NCBI RefSeq assembly: GCF_030028105.1 | Contig: NC_092372.1 | Location: 128,883,492-128,947,491 of the forward strand | Length of the DNA stretch: 64,000 nt | Source of the DNA: Mobula birostris | Taxonomy: Eukaryota | Direction of reading: 5' to 3' | Part shown: positions 1-12,716 of the stretch, in pieces | How the letters are laid out: each line of letters begins with the position of its first letter | Position numbering within the stretch: position 1 is the first letter of the stretch | The notes under the pieces: generated by a model | Databases searched by the model: none | Told to the model about the DNA's origin: nothing | What the model saw: only the letters and a program-made list of their open reading frames with translations | Program-made: the position numbers and the translations under genes

Positions 1-41
1 ATTCTATACTGAGTTGGAGTTTATAGCTAAGCAGGGAGGAG

Positions 42-180
42 TGTTGTGTTTTTAATATTTCAATAATATTTGAGTAATCTTGCAAATTTACAAATATATT
101 GTTTGTTTAGTTATTCTTTGTCATTAACATAATTCATTAAGGATTCTATGTAAAAGTACATGAATAGCATTTGTCATTAC
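42..180 (+). mobile_element. LTR (probably Gypsy-type 3' LTR), left part; split by nested CR1/Rex1/PLE insertions
   Basis: Starts TGTTGTG directly after the purine-rich PPT-like AAGCAGGGAGGAG; similar to 4170-4216 plus 5390-5590; the remainder resumes at ~3297 and ends CATAACA. Confidence 0.6.
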
Positions 181-778
181 GAAAATCAGTAAAGATCGGG
201 AAAATCAGGCTAGTTCTGGATTTCAGGAGGGGGAGTTTCTATGGTGCTTACAACATGGCTTTTTAGAGCAGCTCATGGTTGAGGCCACTGGAGGATCAGC
301 TATTCGGGATTGGGTGTTGTGTAATGAACCAGTATTGATTAGAGACCTTATAGTTAAAAAAAACCCTTAGGGCCAAGTGATCGTCAGATGAATGAATTCA
401 CCCTGAAACTTGAGAAGGAGAAGCTGAAGTCAGATGGAGTAAAAGGAATTACAGAGGAGGGGCAGGTAAGTTTGAGGAAGTAGAGAGGCTACAGAAGGAC
501 AGGGCAATGAAGTGACAGATGGAGTAGAAGAATGGACAGAGTGGCGGATGGATTACAGTGTTGGGAAGTGTATGGTCATGCACTTTGGTAGAAAAAATGA
601 AAAGATTGAATATTTTCTAAATGGAGAGAAAATGCAAAAAAACTGAGGTCTGTGGTGAGGAAGGGAACTGCAATGTTAGCATTCATTTCAAGAGGACTAG
701 AATATAAAAGCAAGGATGTAAAGTTGAGACTTTATAAAGCATTGATGAAACTTCTCGGAGGACTATGAGCAGGTTTTG
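181..778 (+). mobile_element. CR1 LINE fragment (decayed endonuclease/RT pieces), continued at 2755
   Basis: Similar to the CR1 ORF2 copies at 60500-62060 and 27100-27480 (FLEQ..EPT, LDWVLCN, KC.VMHFG); interrupted by a Rex1 element. Confidence 0.8.
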
Positions 779-2745
779 AATTGAATTGACTTTATTTCTT
801 ACATCCTTCACATGCATAAGGAGTAAAAACCTTTACGTTACATCTCCAAATATGCAATCATAGTAATTTATAATAATTTATAATAAATAGAACAGTCAAT
901 GTAATATAGGGTACACTCAAGTCCGCAATAGTTCATCGGTCTGGTGGAAGAAGCTATTCCGGAGATTGTTGGTTCTGGCTTTTATCCTCTGGTACCGCTT
1001 TCCGGATGGTAGCAGTTGGAATAGGTTGTGGTTGGGATGGCTTGGGTCCCCGCTGATTCTGCAGACCCTTTTTTACACAACTGTCCTTGTAAATGTCCTG
1101 AATCATGGGAAGTTCACAACTACAGATGCACTGGGCTGTCCGCATCACTCTCTGCAGTCCTGCGGTCAAGGGAGGCACAGTTCCCATACCAGGCAGTGAC
1201 GCAGCCAGTCAGGATGCTCTCAATTGTGCCCCTGTAGAAAGTTCTTAGGATTTCAGGGCTGAAACCAAACTTTCTCAACCGTCTGAGGTGAAAGAGGGGC
1301 TATTGTGCCTTTTTCACCACACAGCTGGTGTGTACAGACCATGTGAGGTCCTTGGTGATGTGGATCCCAAGGAACTTAAAGCTGTTTACCCTCTCAACCC
1401 CAGATCCATTGATGTCAATAGGGGTTAGCCCGTCTCCATTCCTCCTGTAATCCACAACCAGCTCCTTTGCTGTTGCAGCATTGGGGGAGAAGTTGTTTTC
1501 TTGACACCACTGTGTCAGAGAGATGACTTCTTCCCTGTAGGCCACCTCATTATTGTTTGAGATAAGGCCAATCAATGTAGTGTCATCGGCAAATTTAATT
1601 AGCAGATTAGAGCTGTGGGTGTCAATACAGTCATGAGTATACAGGGAGTAAAGGAGGGGACTCAGTACACCGCCCTAAGGGGCTCCTGTATTGAGAGTCA
1701 GAGGGTTTGAGGTGAGGGAACACAAAATACTCCTCAGATGCTGGGGTCAAAGCAACAGTCACAACACACTGGAGAAACTCAGCAGGTCGGGCAGCATCCG
1801 TGGAAACGATCAGTCAACATTTCGGGCCGGAACCCTTCTCCAGGACTGCGGTGAGGGAGCCCACTCTTACAACCTGCTGGCGATCTGACAAGAAGTCCGG
1901 GATCCAGCTGCACAAGGCAGGGTGAAGGCCGAAGTCTCTTAGCTTCTTGTTGAGCCTGGATGGAACTATGGTGTTGAAAGCTGAACTGTAGTCCAAGAAG
2001 AGCATTCTCACATAAGCATCCTTCTTCTCCAGGTGTGTAAGGATGGTGTGTACAGCAGTGGCTATTGCGTCATCTGTCGATCGGTTGTGTTGGTAGGTAA
2101 ATTGTAGGGGGTCCAGTTTGGGTGGAAGCAAGCCGCAGATGTAATCCTTGACCAGCCTCTTAAAGCATTTGCTCATTATTGAGGTGAGTGTGACAGGATG
2201 TCAGTCGTTCAGACATGTTACCTTGGTCTTTTTTTGGTACAGGGACAATGGTGGATAATTTGAAGCAGGAGAGCACTCTACACTAGGAGAGGGAGAGATT
2301 AAAAATGTCCGTAAACACACCTGACAGTTGTGCTGCACATGTCCTTAGTACCCACCCTGGGATGCCGTCCGGTCCCGCAGCCTTGCAACTGTCCACTTGT
2401 TGGAAACATCTACGTACCTCAACCTCTTAGAAATGACCAGGTTGCAGGGTCTTTCCTTGGAGGCTCAGAGTTAGTGACATCGAACCGAGTAGAAAAGCGA
2501 TTGAGCTCATCTGGGAGAGAGGCCGTGATGTTGGTGGCACCACAACATTTGGCTTTGAAATCTGCGATGGTATGCAGACCTCGCCACAAGTCAAGTGCGC
2601 TATTCGTTGTGAATCTTGACTCAATCTTCTCCCTATATTGTTGTTTCACAATCTTGATAGCTTTGCGCAGATCATAGCTGGTTATCTTGTGCTCTAGTTG
2701 ATCTCCAACGATGTAAGCTCAATGTCGTGCTATGTGTGCTCACAT
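779..2745 (-). mobile_element. Rex1/Babar non-LTR retrotransposon, 5'-truncated and decayed
   Basis: Minus-strand ORFs give [57 protein letters not shown] and VNSFKFLGIHI; (TCAAT)n tail at the left end. Confidence 0.9.
1720..1849 (-). mobile_element. Penelope pseudo-LTR mini-element with degenerate hammerhead
   Basis: Flanked by TSD GGTGAGGGA (1711-1719 / 1850-1858); minus strand reads CAGTC-CTGGAGA-AGGGTTCCGGCCC-GAAATGTT-GACTG. Confidence 0.8.
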
Positions 2746-2754
2746 GAAATTATT

Positions 2755-3297
2755 GATCCAGGGTTTCTAGTTCTTTATCTTAGAAATGATGTGCTGAAAC
2801 TGGAGAAGGTTCAAAGGAGGGTGACAAAAATGATTCCAGGATTGAATGGCTTGTCACATGAAGAGTGTTTGATGATTCTGGGCCTGTATTCACTAGAATT
2901 CAGAAGATTGAGGAGTGTCCTTATTAAAACCTTTCAAATGGTGAAAGGCCTTGATAGAGTGGATGTGAAGAGGATGTTTCCTATGGTGGGAGAGTCTAAG
3001 ACCAGAGGACTCAGCCTCACATTGAGCGTCGTCCTTTTAGAATGGAGATGACGAGGAATTTCTTTAGCCAGACTGTAGTGAATCTGTGGAATTCTTTGCA
3101 ACAGGCAGATGTGGAGGCTGTCTTTTTGTATACTTAAGGCAGAGATTAATAGATTCTTGATTGTCAGGTCATGAAGGGATACGGGGATAAGGCAGGACAT
3201 TGGGGCTGAGAGGAAAATTGGACTAGCCATGATGAAATGGCAGAGCAGACTCGATGGGCCACATGGCCTAATTCTGCTCCTATATCTTATGGTCTTA
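2755..3297 (+). mobile_element. CR1 LINE 3' end
   Basis: YLRNDVLKLEKVQRRVTKMIPGL..LYSLEFRRLR..TRG; typical 3' UTR ending ATTCTGCTCCTATATCTTATGGTCTTATG. Confidence 0.9.
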
Positions 3298-3417
3298 TGA
3301 TGCCACCCTGTCATATGTAAGTGCCTCACTGAAGAAAAGGGAAGTAAGTACACATGCTATCCCAAGATCCCATGTTTTTTCTCTTTCAAGTAGTTTTTGG
3401 AGTTATAAAACATAACA
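3297..3417 (+). mobile_element. LTR right part (continuation of 42-180)
   Basis: Similar to 5465-5590; ends CATAACA, the inverse of the TGTTGTG start. Confidence 0.55.
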
Positions 3418-4212
3418 ACTTGGACTTTAACTTTTTCACTTTAGGAAATGCAGTGTGAAATCCAACCAGTTAGTAAATGTGAGCTTGAAAAAAAAGTTTC
3501 AGTGTACTCTGAAAGGAAGTAAAACAATCAACAGAATAAGTGTCTGCTGGTCAACAAGTATGAAACAGGATCCATAAGATCAGAGGATGCTGACAGACAT
3601 CCGTCTCCTTGGGGCCTTTTACAGTTACCCTTAGTTTGATTTCTTTGTGCTTCTTATTTATTCTGTCAACCATTCAGCATGCATAGTTCAGACCTAAAAT
3701 TAAACAGGCTTCACTTACCCCAGAGATAGAATTGTCTGTCTGTCCTTTGTGCAGTTGACAGAAGCAGGCCATGCTTTACATCTTTTAACTAAAATGGTTT
3801 TTAACAACAGAATTCATTTCCTAGCTGTGTTTAAATTATGTTTTGTATGTTATCACACTTGAAGTAACTCTAGTGAAATGTTTATGCTCTTGCTGAGTGC
3901 TCATTGCTCATTCAATGGGCAATAAAAAGGGTTATAAGAGAATTTATCAATCATTAGATGATTCTGGATCAAAAGTAAAAGTGGGTCAAATTTGCAACAC
4001 AGTCTGGAGAACTCTTACATGAAGTTACCAATGACCAGCAAGTAGAAAAATAAGCTAACAGCAAGAAATGTTTACTTTTCTGTTTGAAACCAGTTAGTAG
4101 GCAAGGGATGTGGATGGAGCTGAAAGCAATAGGTACTCAACTGAAAAGATGTTGAGGTAAATAAGCTTTTGTTGTGTATGTGATATTTCAGTAATATTTG
4201 AGTAATCTTGTA

Positions 4213-4672
4213 AATAGAACAGAGAACAGTACAGTACAGGAACAGGCCCTTTGCCCCACAGTTGTTCTGAACCAGCTAAACAGTAAATTAAAAAAGTCCT
4301 CAAAACTAATCCCTCCTACCTACATAATGTCCATATCCCTCAATCTTCCTTATATTCTTGTGCCTGTCTAGAAGTGTCTTAGAAGTCTCTAATGTATTTG
4401 CATCTACAACCATACCAGGCATCGCATTCCTGTCATTCACCATTCTTTCAGTAAAAAATTTACCCCTCACATCCCTGGTGAACTTACCCCCTCTCACCTT
4501 CAATTCATGCCCTCTGGTATTAGACACTTCTACCCTGGGAAAAAGATACTCCCTGTTTATTCTATCTTTGCCTCTTATAATCTTAGAAACATCTATCAGA
4601 TCTCCCCTCAACCTCTGCCGTACAGGTTTGTCCAGCCTCTCATGCCCTCTAAACCAGGCCTCTTCTACACCC
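4213..4672 (-). mobile_element. CR1 LINE 3' end
   Basis: ORF 4306-4779(-): RLRGDLIDVSKIIRG.DR..LFP..TRGHELKVRG.KF..DVRGKFFTER; a short continuation lies at ~5365-5390. Confidence 0.85.
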
Positions 4673-5365
4673 TGTAAGGTACCGGTGACCCCTGTTTCCA
4701 TCCAGGGGGTCAGTGTGGACATGGTGGAGGATTTATAAATACCCGGGGATACGAATTGACAATAAACTGGACTGGTCAAAGAACACTGAGGCTGTCTACA
4801 AGAAGGGTCAGAGCCATCTCTATTTCCTGAGGAGACTGAGGTCCTTTAACATCTGCCGGACGATGCTGAGGATGTTCTATGAGTCTGTGGTGGCCAGTGC
4901 GATCATGTTTGCTGTTGTGTGCTGGGGCAGCAGACACCAACAGAGTCAACAAACTCGTTCGTAAGACCAGTGATGTTGTGGGGATGGAACTGGACTCTCT
5001 GACGGTGGTGTCTGAAAAGAGGATGCTGTCCAAGTTTCATGCCATCTTGGACAATGTCTCCCATCCACTACATAATGTACTGGGTGGGCACAGGAGTACA
5101 TTCAGCCAGAGACTCATTCCACCGAGATGCAACACAGAGCGTCATAGGAAGTCATTCCTGCCTGTGGCCATCAAACTTTACAACTCCTCCCTTGGAGGGT
5201 CAGAGACCCTGAGCCAATAGGCTGGTCCTGGACTTATTTCCTGGCATAATTTACATATTACTATTTAACTATTTATGGTTTTATTACTATTTAATTATTT
5301 ATGGTGCAACTGTAACGAAAACCAATTTCCCCCGGGATCAATAAAGTATGACTATGACTATGACT
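4673..5365 (+). mobile_element. Rex1/Babar 3' end
   Basis: YKYPGIRIDNKLDWSKNTEAVYKKGQSHLYFLRRLRSFN..HPLH..RCNTERHRKSFLPVAIKLYN; AATAAA followed by a (CTATGA)n tail. Confidence 0.9.
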
Positions 5366-5956
5366 CCAAAGCCTCAACATCCTTCCCATATATTGTGTCA
5401 TTAAGCATTCTTTGTTGTTTCTATAATTCATTATGGTTTTAAGTAAAAATGCATGATTTATATATGTCATCACGCTGCCATGTGATACGTGCCCCCCGTC
5501 ACTAAAAGTAGACAGAAACTAAGACTTGTATCAATTTGGACTCTCGTATTTCTATTGCAATTAGTTTTTATGTCTTGAAGTTGAAAAACATGCTCACATT
5601 CACAGCTTATCTCAATTCACACGCAATCTGTGTGTGTTGCTCAGTCTGTACCCTTGCTACTTTCAATGCTGTTTCTAAGCAATATTTACCACAGAGCACC
5701 AGAGGCAGGGGGCACTTACAGATGTAAATCAGTTTGCAAGAGTAACCCTGCGCTGCCTTTAAGTGCCATTTTAATTCTCCATCCCGTTCCGACTTTGACC
5801 TATTTATAAGTGGTTTCCTGCATTGTTATTACAAGGACCAAAGCAAGCTTGAATAGTAACACCGTTCTTTTTCTTTTGCAGTTAAAGTACAAATGGATGG
5901 CTTCTGAGGGCATCTGAATTGACATTGTAAGGGTCAACCACGTTACTCTGTGTCCA

Positions 5957-6090
5957 TAAACAAAGGAGATTCTGCAAATGCTGGAAATCCGGAGCAAGGC
6001 ACACAAAATGCTGGAAGAACTCAGCAGGTCAGGCAGCATCGAGAAAACGGAAGATTCGTTGTTTTGGGCCGAGACCTTTCATCAGGACCA
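5957..6090 (-). mobile_element. Penelope pseudo-LTR fragment with mutated hammerhead
   Basis: Minus strand GTC-CTGATGA-AAGGTCTCGGCCC-AAAAC, followed by GATGCTGCCTGACCTGCTGAGTTC. Confidence 0.75.
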
Positions 6091-6650
6091 GAATCCAGAA
6101 TCACGTAGCTAAGACCAGGATACCGTGGCTGACCTCCTCCCATGAAGGACGTGAATGAACCTGCAGATTAGTGGGTCATTGTTAATAATGACTTGTTTGT
6201 TTTTCATCAGCTCTAGCAAAAGAGAAGGCCATTTTACAAGTCTAATTTTAGGCAACGCATCAGGTCATTGATGGGAATAAAATTAGATATCACCTTACAA
6301 CAGCTGCCTGTCCTAGTTTAATTATGAAAGAGTCATTAGTATGCTGAATACCTTGCTAATGCCACTATAGAGTGAATAAGCCTTAAGCACACTGGCTGTC
6401 TTACTGTTTAACTCTCCTTATTGCTGTGAAATGTTCTTTTCTCAAACTGAAGTTGGGTCATGATGCACATCTTCCTCAGTTTAGGAGAAGCTTTGCAACC
6501 AGCCATAATAATTTCCATCCAGAATAAAGGGAGGCTGCTGGCCAGGGGGCCAAAGTTCCCTTTCAGAAATTATTGCCTCATGTCAAATCACAGCTTTACA
6601 CCTACATTGTGTCTGAACAAGTAAGCAAAGCATCAGAAAGCCCTTTCCAA

Positions 6651-6940
6651 GCAGCACGGTGGCATAGTGGTTAGCACAACACTTTATAGTACTGGGGACC
6701 GGGGGTCCGTTCCCATCACTTCCTGGACGGAGTTTGTACGCTCTCTCCATGACTGCGTGGGTTTCCTCAGGGTGCTCTGGTTTCCTCCCACAGTCCAATG
6801 ACACACTGGTTGGTAGGTTCATTGGTCATTGTAAATGGTCCTGTGATTAGGTTAGGGTTTGATCACGGGAATTGCTGGGCAGTTTGGACCAAAGGGCCAG
6901 AAGAACCTTTTCCACGCTGTATCCCAATCAGTCAATAAAT
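6651..6940 (+). mobile_element. tRNA-derived V-SINE (HE1-like)
   Basis: A-box TGGCATAGTGG, degenerate B-box, and V-domain GGGTTTCCTC.GGGTGCTC.GGTTTCCTCCCACAGTCCAA. Confidence 0.8.
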
Positions 6941-7469
6941 GTCCATCAATCTTTTACACACCTCCAAGCATCACTTTGTCTGATAGGATTTCCATCAGGA
7001 GCAAGTAACCTCTTCAGTGACCATGAGCAGAGTTCACCTTTTCCTCTCCTGGACATCTCTCCTAACTACCTGCACATTATTCTGCACCAAAGACTCTGCC
7101 ATATTGCCCATCAAAGGGAACTTGCCCTTCCTGGTTTTGTGTTTCCTGAGATGATCATATCCACCAAATTTGGCAATGGCTTCCTCTCCATTACTGCCCC
7201 CTCTCCATAATTGCTCGAATCCTTCCCCTACTCCTCAAGCTTCCTGTTATTGCTATTTTCAACAGACGTATAAATATGGATGCCTATTTTCAGATTATTC
7301 TGTTACAGAAAACAACTTCCATCTTTTATAAGCCCCATAAAGATATCAAATGTTTCAATGTTATCAACTTTACCCCAAAACCTGATGCAATGTACAATTG
7401 GTTTAATCTGCTTCAGCGCTATCGTGGGAATAGCCTTTTATTTCATCGTCAGTCCAATAAACTTCTGAG

Positions 7470-9060
7470 TTTCTGAGGTGGAACGGTCTGTCCTCAGGCA
7501 AGGGTTTTACCTTTGTCCCCTTTGCATGCACCTCGGTGAGTTCTGTGCACACCATGACACCGAACTCTCCTTCCGTCACATCCGTGTCTAAGCCCTCTTC
7601 TTTCGCAAGTATTCCCCACCCTGTACCGATGGCCCCTTGACCCATCTCCAACCGTCCTACTCTTCTTGGACAGCTCACTCTGGTTCTCTGCCTGCTGTGG
7701 ATTATTTCATCTCTAATTGCTACTGAGACATCAACCGTCTTGACTTCAGTACTCCTGTTGAATCTTATCCCCTAGGAATCCACTGCTCGCCACACTCCCC
7801 ACACCAATCCTAATCCCATCATTAAACCTGCTGAGAAAAGGGGTGCTGTTGTAGTGTGGAAGACTGAGCTGAGGTCAAGTGACAACTCTCAGACACCTCC
7901 TCTTCCTTATCCCTTGAAAAGGATCACACTCCCTACCATTAGGACATTGCCTCTGACACCAACACAAACTTCATCAACTCTGAAGAGCTCCCATCCACTG
8001 CCATAGATCCCACACTGCTTGTTTCTACTTCCTATCCACCATCTACAAACCTGACTGTCCAGGTAGGCCCATTGTCTCTCCTGCTCTTGCCCCACTGAAC
8101 TCATATCTGCATCCCTTGACTCCATTCTATCCCCCTTGTTTCAGGCTCTTCCCTGCTACATCCATGACACTTCACATGCTCTCCATCTCTTCAACACGTT
8201 TCAGTCTGCTGACCCTGATTACTTTATTTTCACCATGAATGTCCAGTACTTATACACTGCTATACCCCATCAAGAAGGGCTTACAGCTCTGCTCTTCTTT
8301 CCTGACAACAGACCTGACCAATTCCCCTCCACCACAACCCTCCTCCATCTGGCAGAACTGGTCCTCACCCTCAACAATTTCTCCCTTGGCTCCACTTTCT
8401 CCAAACTCAAGGTATAGCCATGGGCCCTGGCAACCTCTGCCTTTTCATTGGCTATGTGGAACAATCCCTCTTCTAATCCTACTCTGGTAATGCTCCCTCA
8501 CTCTTCCAGACCCATATTGATGACCGCACTGGTGCTGCTTCATGCATCCATGCTGAGTTCATCAATTTCATCAGCTTTGCCTCCATTTCCACCTTGCCAT
8601 TAAATTTACTTGGTCCATTTCTGACACCTCCCTCCCTTTCTCGATATCTCTGTCTCTATTTCCCTTCCTCCACCACTGATGCTGCCCTCACCTGCATCTC
8701 CTCCATCTCCTGGGCATTCACATTTACCCCATCTTTCTGCCACCTTAACAGGAAAGAAGTTCTTGTTCTCACCTACCACCCCATGAGCCTCCACATACAT
8801 CCAGTACAGCATTCTCAGCAACCTCTACCACTTGCAACGGGACCCTGCCACTAAATACATCTTTACCTACTACCCCCACCACCCCACTCTTCACTTCCCT
8901 CAGGGATTGCTCCCTCTGTGATTTCCATGTCCATTTGTACCTCTCCACTAATCTCCTTCTTGGCACTCATCCTTGCATGTGGAGGACATGCTACACCAGC
9001 CCATTCACCTCCATTCAGGGCCACAAGCAGTCCTTCTGATTTGTTGGGGTCATTTACTAT
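7470..9060 (+). mobile_element. Penelope-like element, decayed RT and start of GIY-YIG
   Basis: Frameshifted motifs GFTFVP, IKPAEK(G)GAVVVW, KPDCPGRPIVSPALAP/SCP, YIHDTSHAL, FTMNVQYLYTAIPHQEGL, GIAMG, HIDD, LVLTYHP. Confidence 0.85.
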
Positions 9061-9069
9061 CAGCTCAGC

Positions 9070-11200
9070 CATTTAATAAGGTCACAACTGATCTGATTAC
9101 AAACACCTCCTGGCTGCGTACAGGCAACGTTTAAAGAGCAAAGCTCCAAAGGTAAAGTCAACAAAGAGGTGATCAGAGGAGCTGCTATGGTGGACTGGGT
9201 GAGGTTCAAGGACTCCGAGGACCTGAATGAATATGCCACTGTTGTCACGGACACTATGAAGACATGAGTACAAGTGTGTACCCACAAAATCATCTAGAGT
9301 CTGCTCCAATCGGAAGCCTCGAAGGAACCAAGAGATTTGAAATCTGTTGATGGGTAGATTGGTGCTGTTCAGGACTGACAATCCAGGGAAGTACAAGAGG
9401 TCCACATATTACCTCTGGAAAGCCATGTCACACACATTCTGGCAATTCTGGACTAAATTTGAATCACACAGGGACGCTCAACAACTGTTGCTGGGCTTGA
9501 ATGCCATCATCTGCTACAAAGCAAAACTAAGCCATATTAATGTCAACAAGGTTTCACTCCCAGATGATCTCAGTGCCTCTTATACTTACTTTGACTGATC
9601 GGACATGGAGCCACCTACCTGAACTCCCAAGCCCCTGATGACCCTATGACCTCAGTCTCTGAGTCTGACACAAGAGCATTCTTTAGGAGGGTCGATCCGT
9701 AGATAGCATCTGGCACAGACTGTATCTGGCCAAGTACTGAAGATCTGTGCAAATCAACTGGATGGAGTGTTTATGGACCTATGGACAGGTTTAACCTCTT
9801 CCTTTGGCAGTCTGAGGTAACCATTTGCTTCAAGAAGGCTTCAATTATACAAGTGCTGAAGAAGAACAAAGTAACCTACCTCAATGACTATCACCCAGGA
9901 GTACTTCTGACCACTGGGACAAAGTGCTTCACGTGGCTGGTCATGAAGCATGTTATCTTCTATGTGAGGAATTACCTGGATCCACTCCAATTTGCCTTCC
10001 ATCATAACATGTCAACAGCATGCACCATTTTATTGGCTCCTCACTCTACTCACTCTGTATATCCTGAACAATGAAGATGCATACTCTTCATTAACTGCAG
10101 CTCAGCATTCAACACTGTCATCCCCTGAGCACTGAGCCTCAATGCCATCCTGTGCACTGGATCCTCGATTATCTCACTTGCAGGACCCAGTTAGTATGGA
10201 TTGACAACAGCATCTCCTTAACACTCATCATCAGCACAAGTGTACCACAAGGCTGTGCACTTAGCCCCCTGCTTTACTCACTTTATACCTATGATTGTGT
10301 GGAAGTACAGTTCCAATGCCATATTTCAATGCCATTTATGAGCTCTTTGACCAACATGACAGGGGGGCACCTAACTGAGCTTTCAAAGCCTGCAACAACC
10401 CTGTGATTTCAGTCTCTAAGGCTGATGTGAGAGCATCTTTCAGTGGGGTGAATCCACAGTAAGCAACTGGATGAATGCCAAGTGATGAAGACCTGTGCTA
10501 ATCTTAACAAAGATGTTTACTTTGTTAACAAAGACTTTAACCTCTCACTTTGGCAGTCTGAGGTAACCACCCACCTGCTTCAATCGGCTTCAATCATACC
10601 AGTGCCCAAGAAGAACATAGTAGCCTGCCTCAATGACTATCGTCCAGTAGAACTTACATCCACTGTGGTGACGAGTTTTGAGAAGAGTTTGGTCATGAAG
10701 CATATCAACTACTACCTGAGAAATGACCTGGATGCATTCCAATTTACCAACCATCACAACAGATCAACAGCAGATCCCATTTCATTGGCTCTTCGCTCAG
10801 CTCTGGAACATTTGGTCAATGAAGATGCAGACATCAGGATGCCCTTTATTGACAACAGTTAGCATTCCATGCTATCATCCCCTCGAGACTAATCACTAAG
10901 TTCCAAGTCCTAGAACTCAACACTTACCTGTGCAACTGGAACCACAATTTCCTCACTTGTAGATCCCAGTCAGTACAGATTGGCAAAGCATCTCCTCCAC
11001 AATCACCATGAGGAGCACAGATACACCACAAAGCTGTGTGCTTACCCCTCTTTTCTACTCACTTTGTGCCTATGATTGTGTGGCTAAGTACAGCTTCAAT
11101 GCTATATTTAAGTTTGTTGATGACACCACTACTGTTGAGCAAATCAAAATGGTGATGCTTCAGCATATAGTTTTCCTGTAAATACTTGCATGAAAATAAA
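9070..11200 (+). mobile_element. Rex1/Babar LINE, decayed, with internally duplicated RT segment
   Basis: NDY.P..LT / LDPLQF / PQGC.LSPLLYSLYT block present twice (9600-10330 and 10350-11150); KF(V)DDTT at ~11110. Confidence 0.8.
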
Positions 11201-11249
11201 TCTCAAGGTAGTATGTACGCACATTGATAGTAAATTTTCTTTGGACTTA

Positions 11250-11515
11250 GAACCGTCTACCTGTGGCACTCTATCAGCCCCTGGATTATCAAGTATTTAT
11301 CTAACTCTGCCTTAAAAATAGTCAAAGATTCTGTATCTAACTTCCTTCAAAGAAGCGAGTTGCAATGACTGACAATCCTTGGAGAAAAATAATCCCTATT
11401 TCTTAAATGTGAGTTGCCTTCGTTTTAAACAGTGACCCCACATTCTATTCTCTCTCACAAGGGAAGTATCTTCTCCATACCCACCCAATTAAGGTCCCTC
11501 AAGATCTTATATGCA
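11250..11515 (-). mobile_element. CR1 3' end remnant
   Basis: Reverse-complement similarity to the CR1 3' ends at 2755-3297 and 27600-28010. Confidence 0.6.
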
Positions 11516-11737
11516 AGACCCCAGGGAATGCTGGTACATTCTTTCTTTGGGTAATATCAAAGCTCTACATATTTCTTTGGGTGAATCTCACTAAAAATTC
11601 AGCAAGAACGCTCGTACAGCCAATTGAAAAAATAATAGAAATAGAAGGAAAGAATGTTGTCTTTAAGTCTGTTCTGCCACCAGTAAGCTCATGACTGAGC
11701 TGATCTTGGCTTCTGCTCCACTTTCTGATCTGTTCTA

Positions 11738-12262
11738 TGAGGGATGATTGATAAGTTTGTGGCCTAAAACAGAAGGAGTCAATTTTAGAAAGCCTAGCAC
11801 TTTTATTTTTCAGCATAGTTCCCTCCTACGTTTACACGTTTAGTCCAGTGGTCGTGGAGCATATGGATCCCTTCTTTGAAGAAGTCAGTGTCTTGGACCT
11901 CCAGAAAGTGGTCCACAGCAGGGGTGATTGATAAGTTCGTGGCCTAAGGTAGAAGGAGATTAGTTATACAACTCTCGTTACATGCACGTGCAGATCAATT
12001 CTTCGAGTGATTATGCAGGAACTTTGAAGTTAATAACTCATCTCCTTCTACCTTAGGCCACAAACTTATCAATCACCCCTGCTGTGGACCACCTTCTGGA
12101 GGTCCAAGACACCGACTTCTACAAAGAAGGGATTCGTATGTTCCACAACTGCTGGACTAAGTGCGTACATGTAGGAGGGAACTATGTTGAAAAATAAATG
12201 TGCTAGGTTTCCTAAAATTGACTCCTTCTATCTTAGGCCACAAACTTATCAATCACCCCTCG
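11738..12262. mobile_element. Palindromic mariner-derived MITE (two inverted 3' ends around an inner TIR pair)
   Basis: TA at 11736-37 and a mutated CA at the right end; TIR (C)GAGGGGTGATTGATAAGTT four times; transposase C-terminus AVDHLLEVQDTDFYKEGIRMFHNCWTKCVHVGGNYVEK* at ~12081-12197(+), with its inverse on the left arm. Confidence 0.9.
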
Positions 12263-12638
12263 CAGAAATCCTCTCTGCATCTGTCTTGACAAACCATCTC
12301 AAGATTTTACATTTCAATAATATTGTCACTATTTTAACTTCCTGCGATTCATATACAACGCTGGCGAAGAGAGTCACCCATTGCTTGTGAATAGAAAGTC
12401 ATCATAATTGCATAACCAGAGCCTTACCAGACCAAAGCCAATGGAGAGGTCTCATGTAACGAACATGTCTGGGCAAATCTTCTCCTTTTAATAGAACACC
12501 GACTTATCATTAGATGGAATACACATACTAAAGCAGAACAGAAAATAATTTGACACAAATAGTTGAGAAAGTAAACTCCGAGTGTGAGTTATCTGACCTT
12601 TCTAGTTCTAAGTACAAAATAAACAGAGAAATAAACCG

Positions 12639-12716
12639 TTTCTTTGAGGCTTTGGTATTGTTCTATATATTTCTAAATTTCTTTGAGGCTTTGGTATTGT
12701 TCTATATATTTCTAAA
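12639..12716. repeat. Perfect 39-bp tandem duplication
   Basis: TTTCTTTGAGGCTTTGGTATTGTTCTATATATTTCTAAA twice. Confidence 0.95.

Larger units (their letters stand above)
4170..5590 (+). mobile_element. Solo LTR (4170-4216 plus ~5390-5590) split by CR1 and Rex1 inserts
   Basis: TGTTGTG start and AATATTTGAGTAATCTTG shared with 42-180; second half shares TAATTCATTA and GTCAT motifs. Confidence 0.55.

Noticed and set aside
3445-3830. Possible small exons (plus acceptor at ~3444, minus donor at ~3718)
   Set aside because: Translations are unrecognisable and the signals are compatible with chance
6651-6720. tRNA gene
   Set aside because: It is a SINE head with A/B boxes only, followed by a V-domain; no cloverleaf
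12639-12716. CRISPR-like repeat
   Set aside because: Two adjacent copies with no spacer, in eukaryotic context
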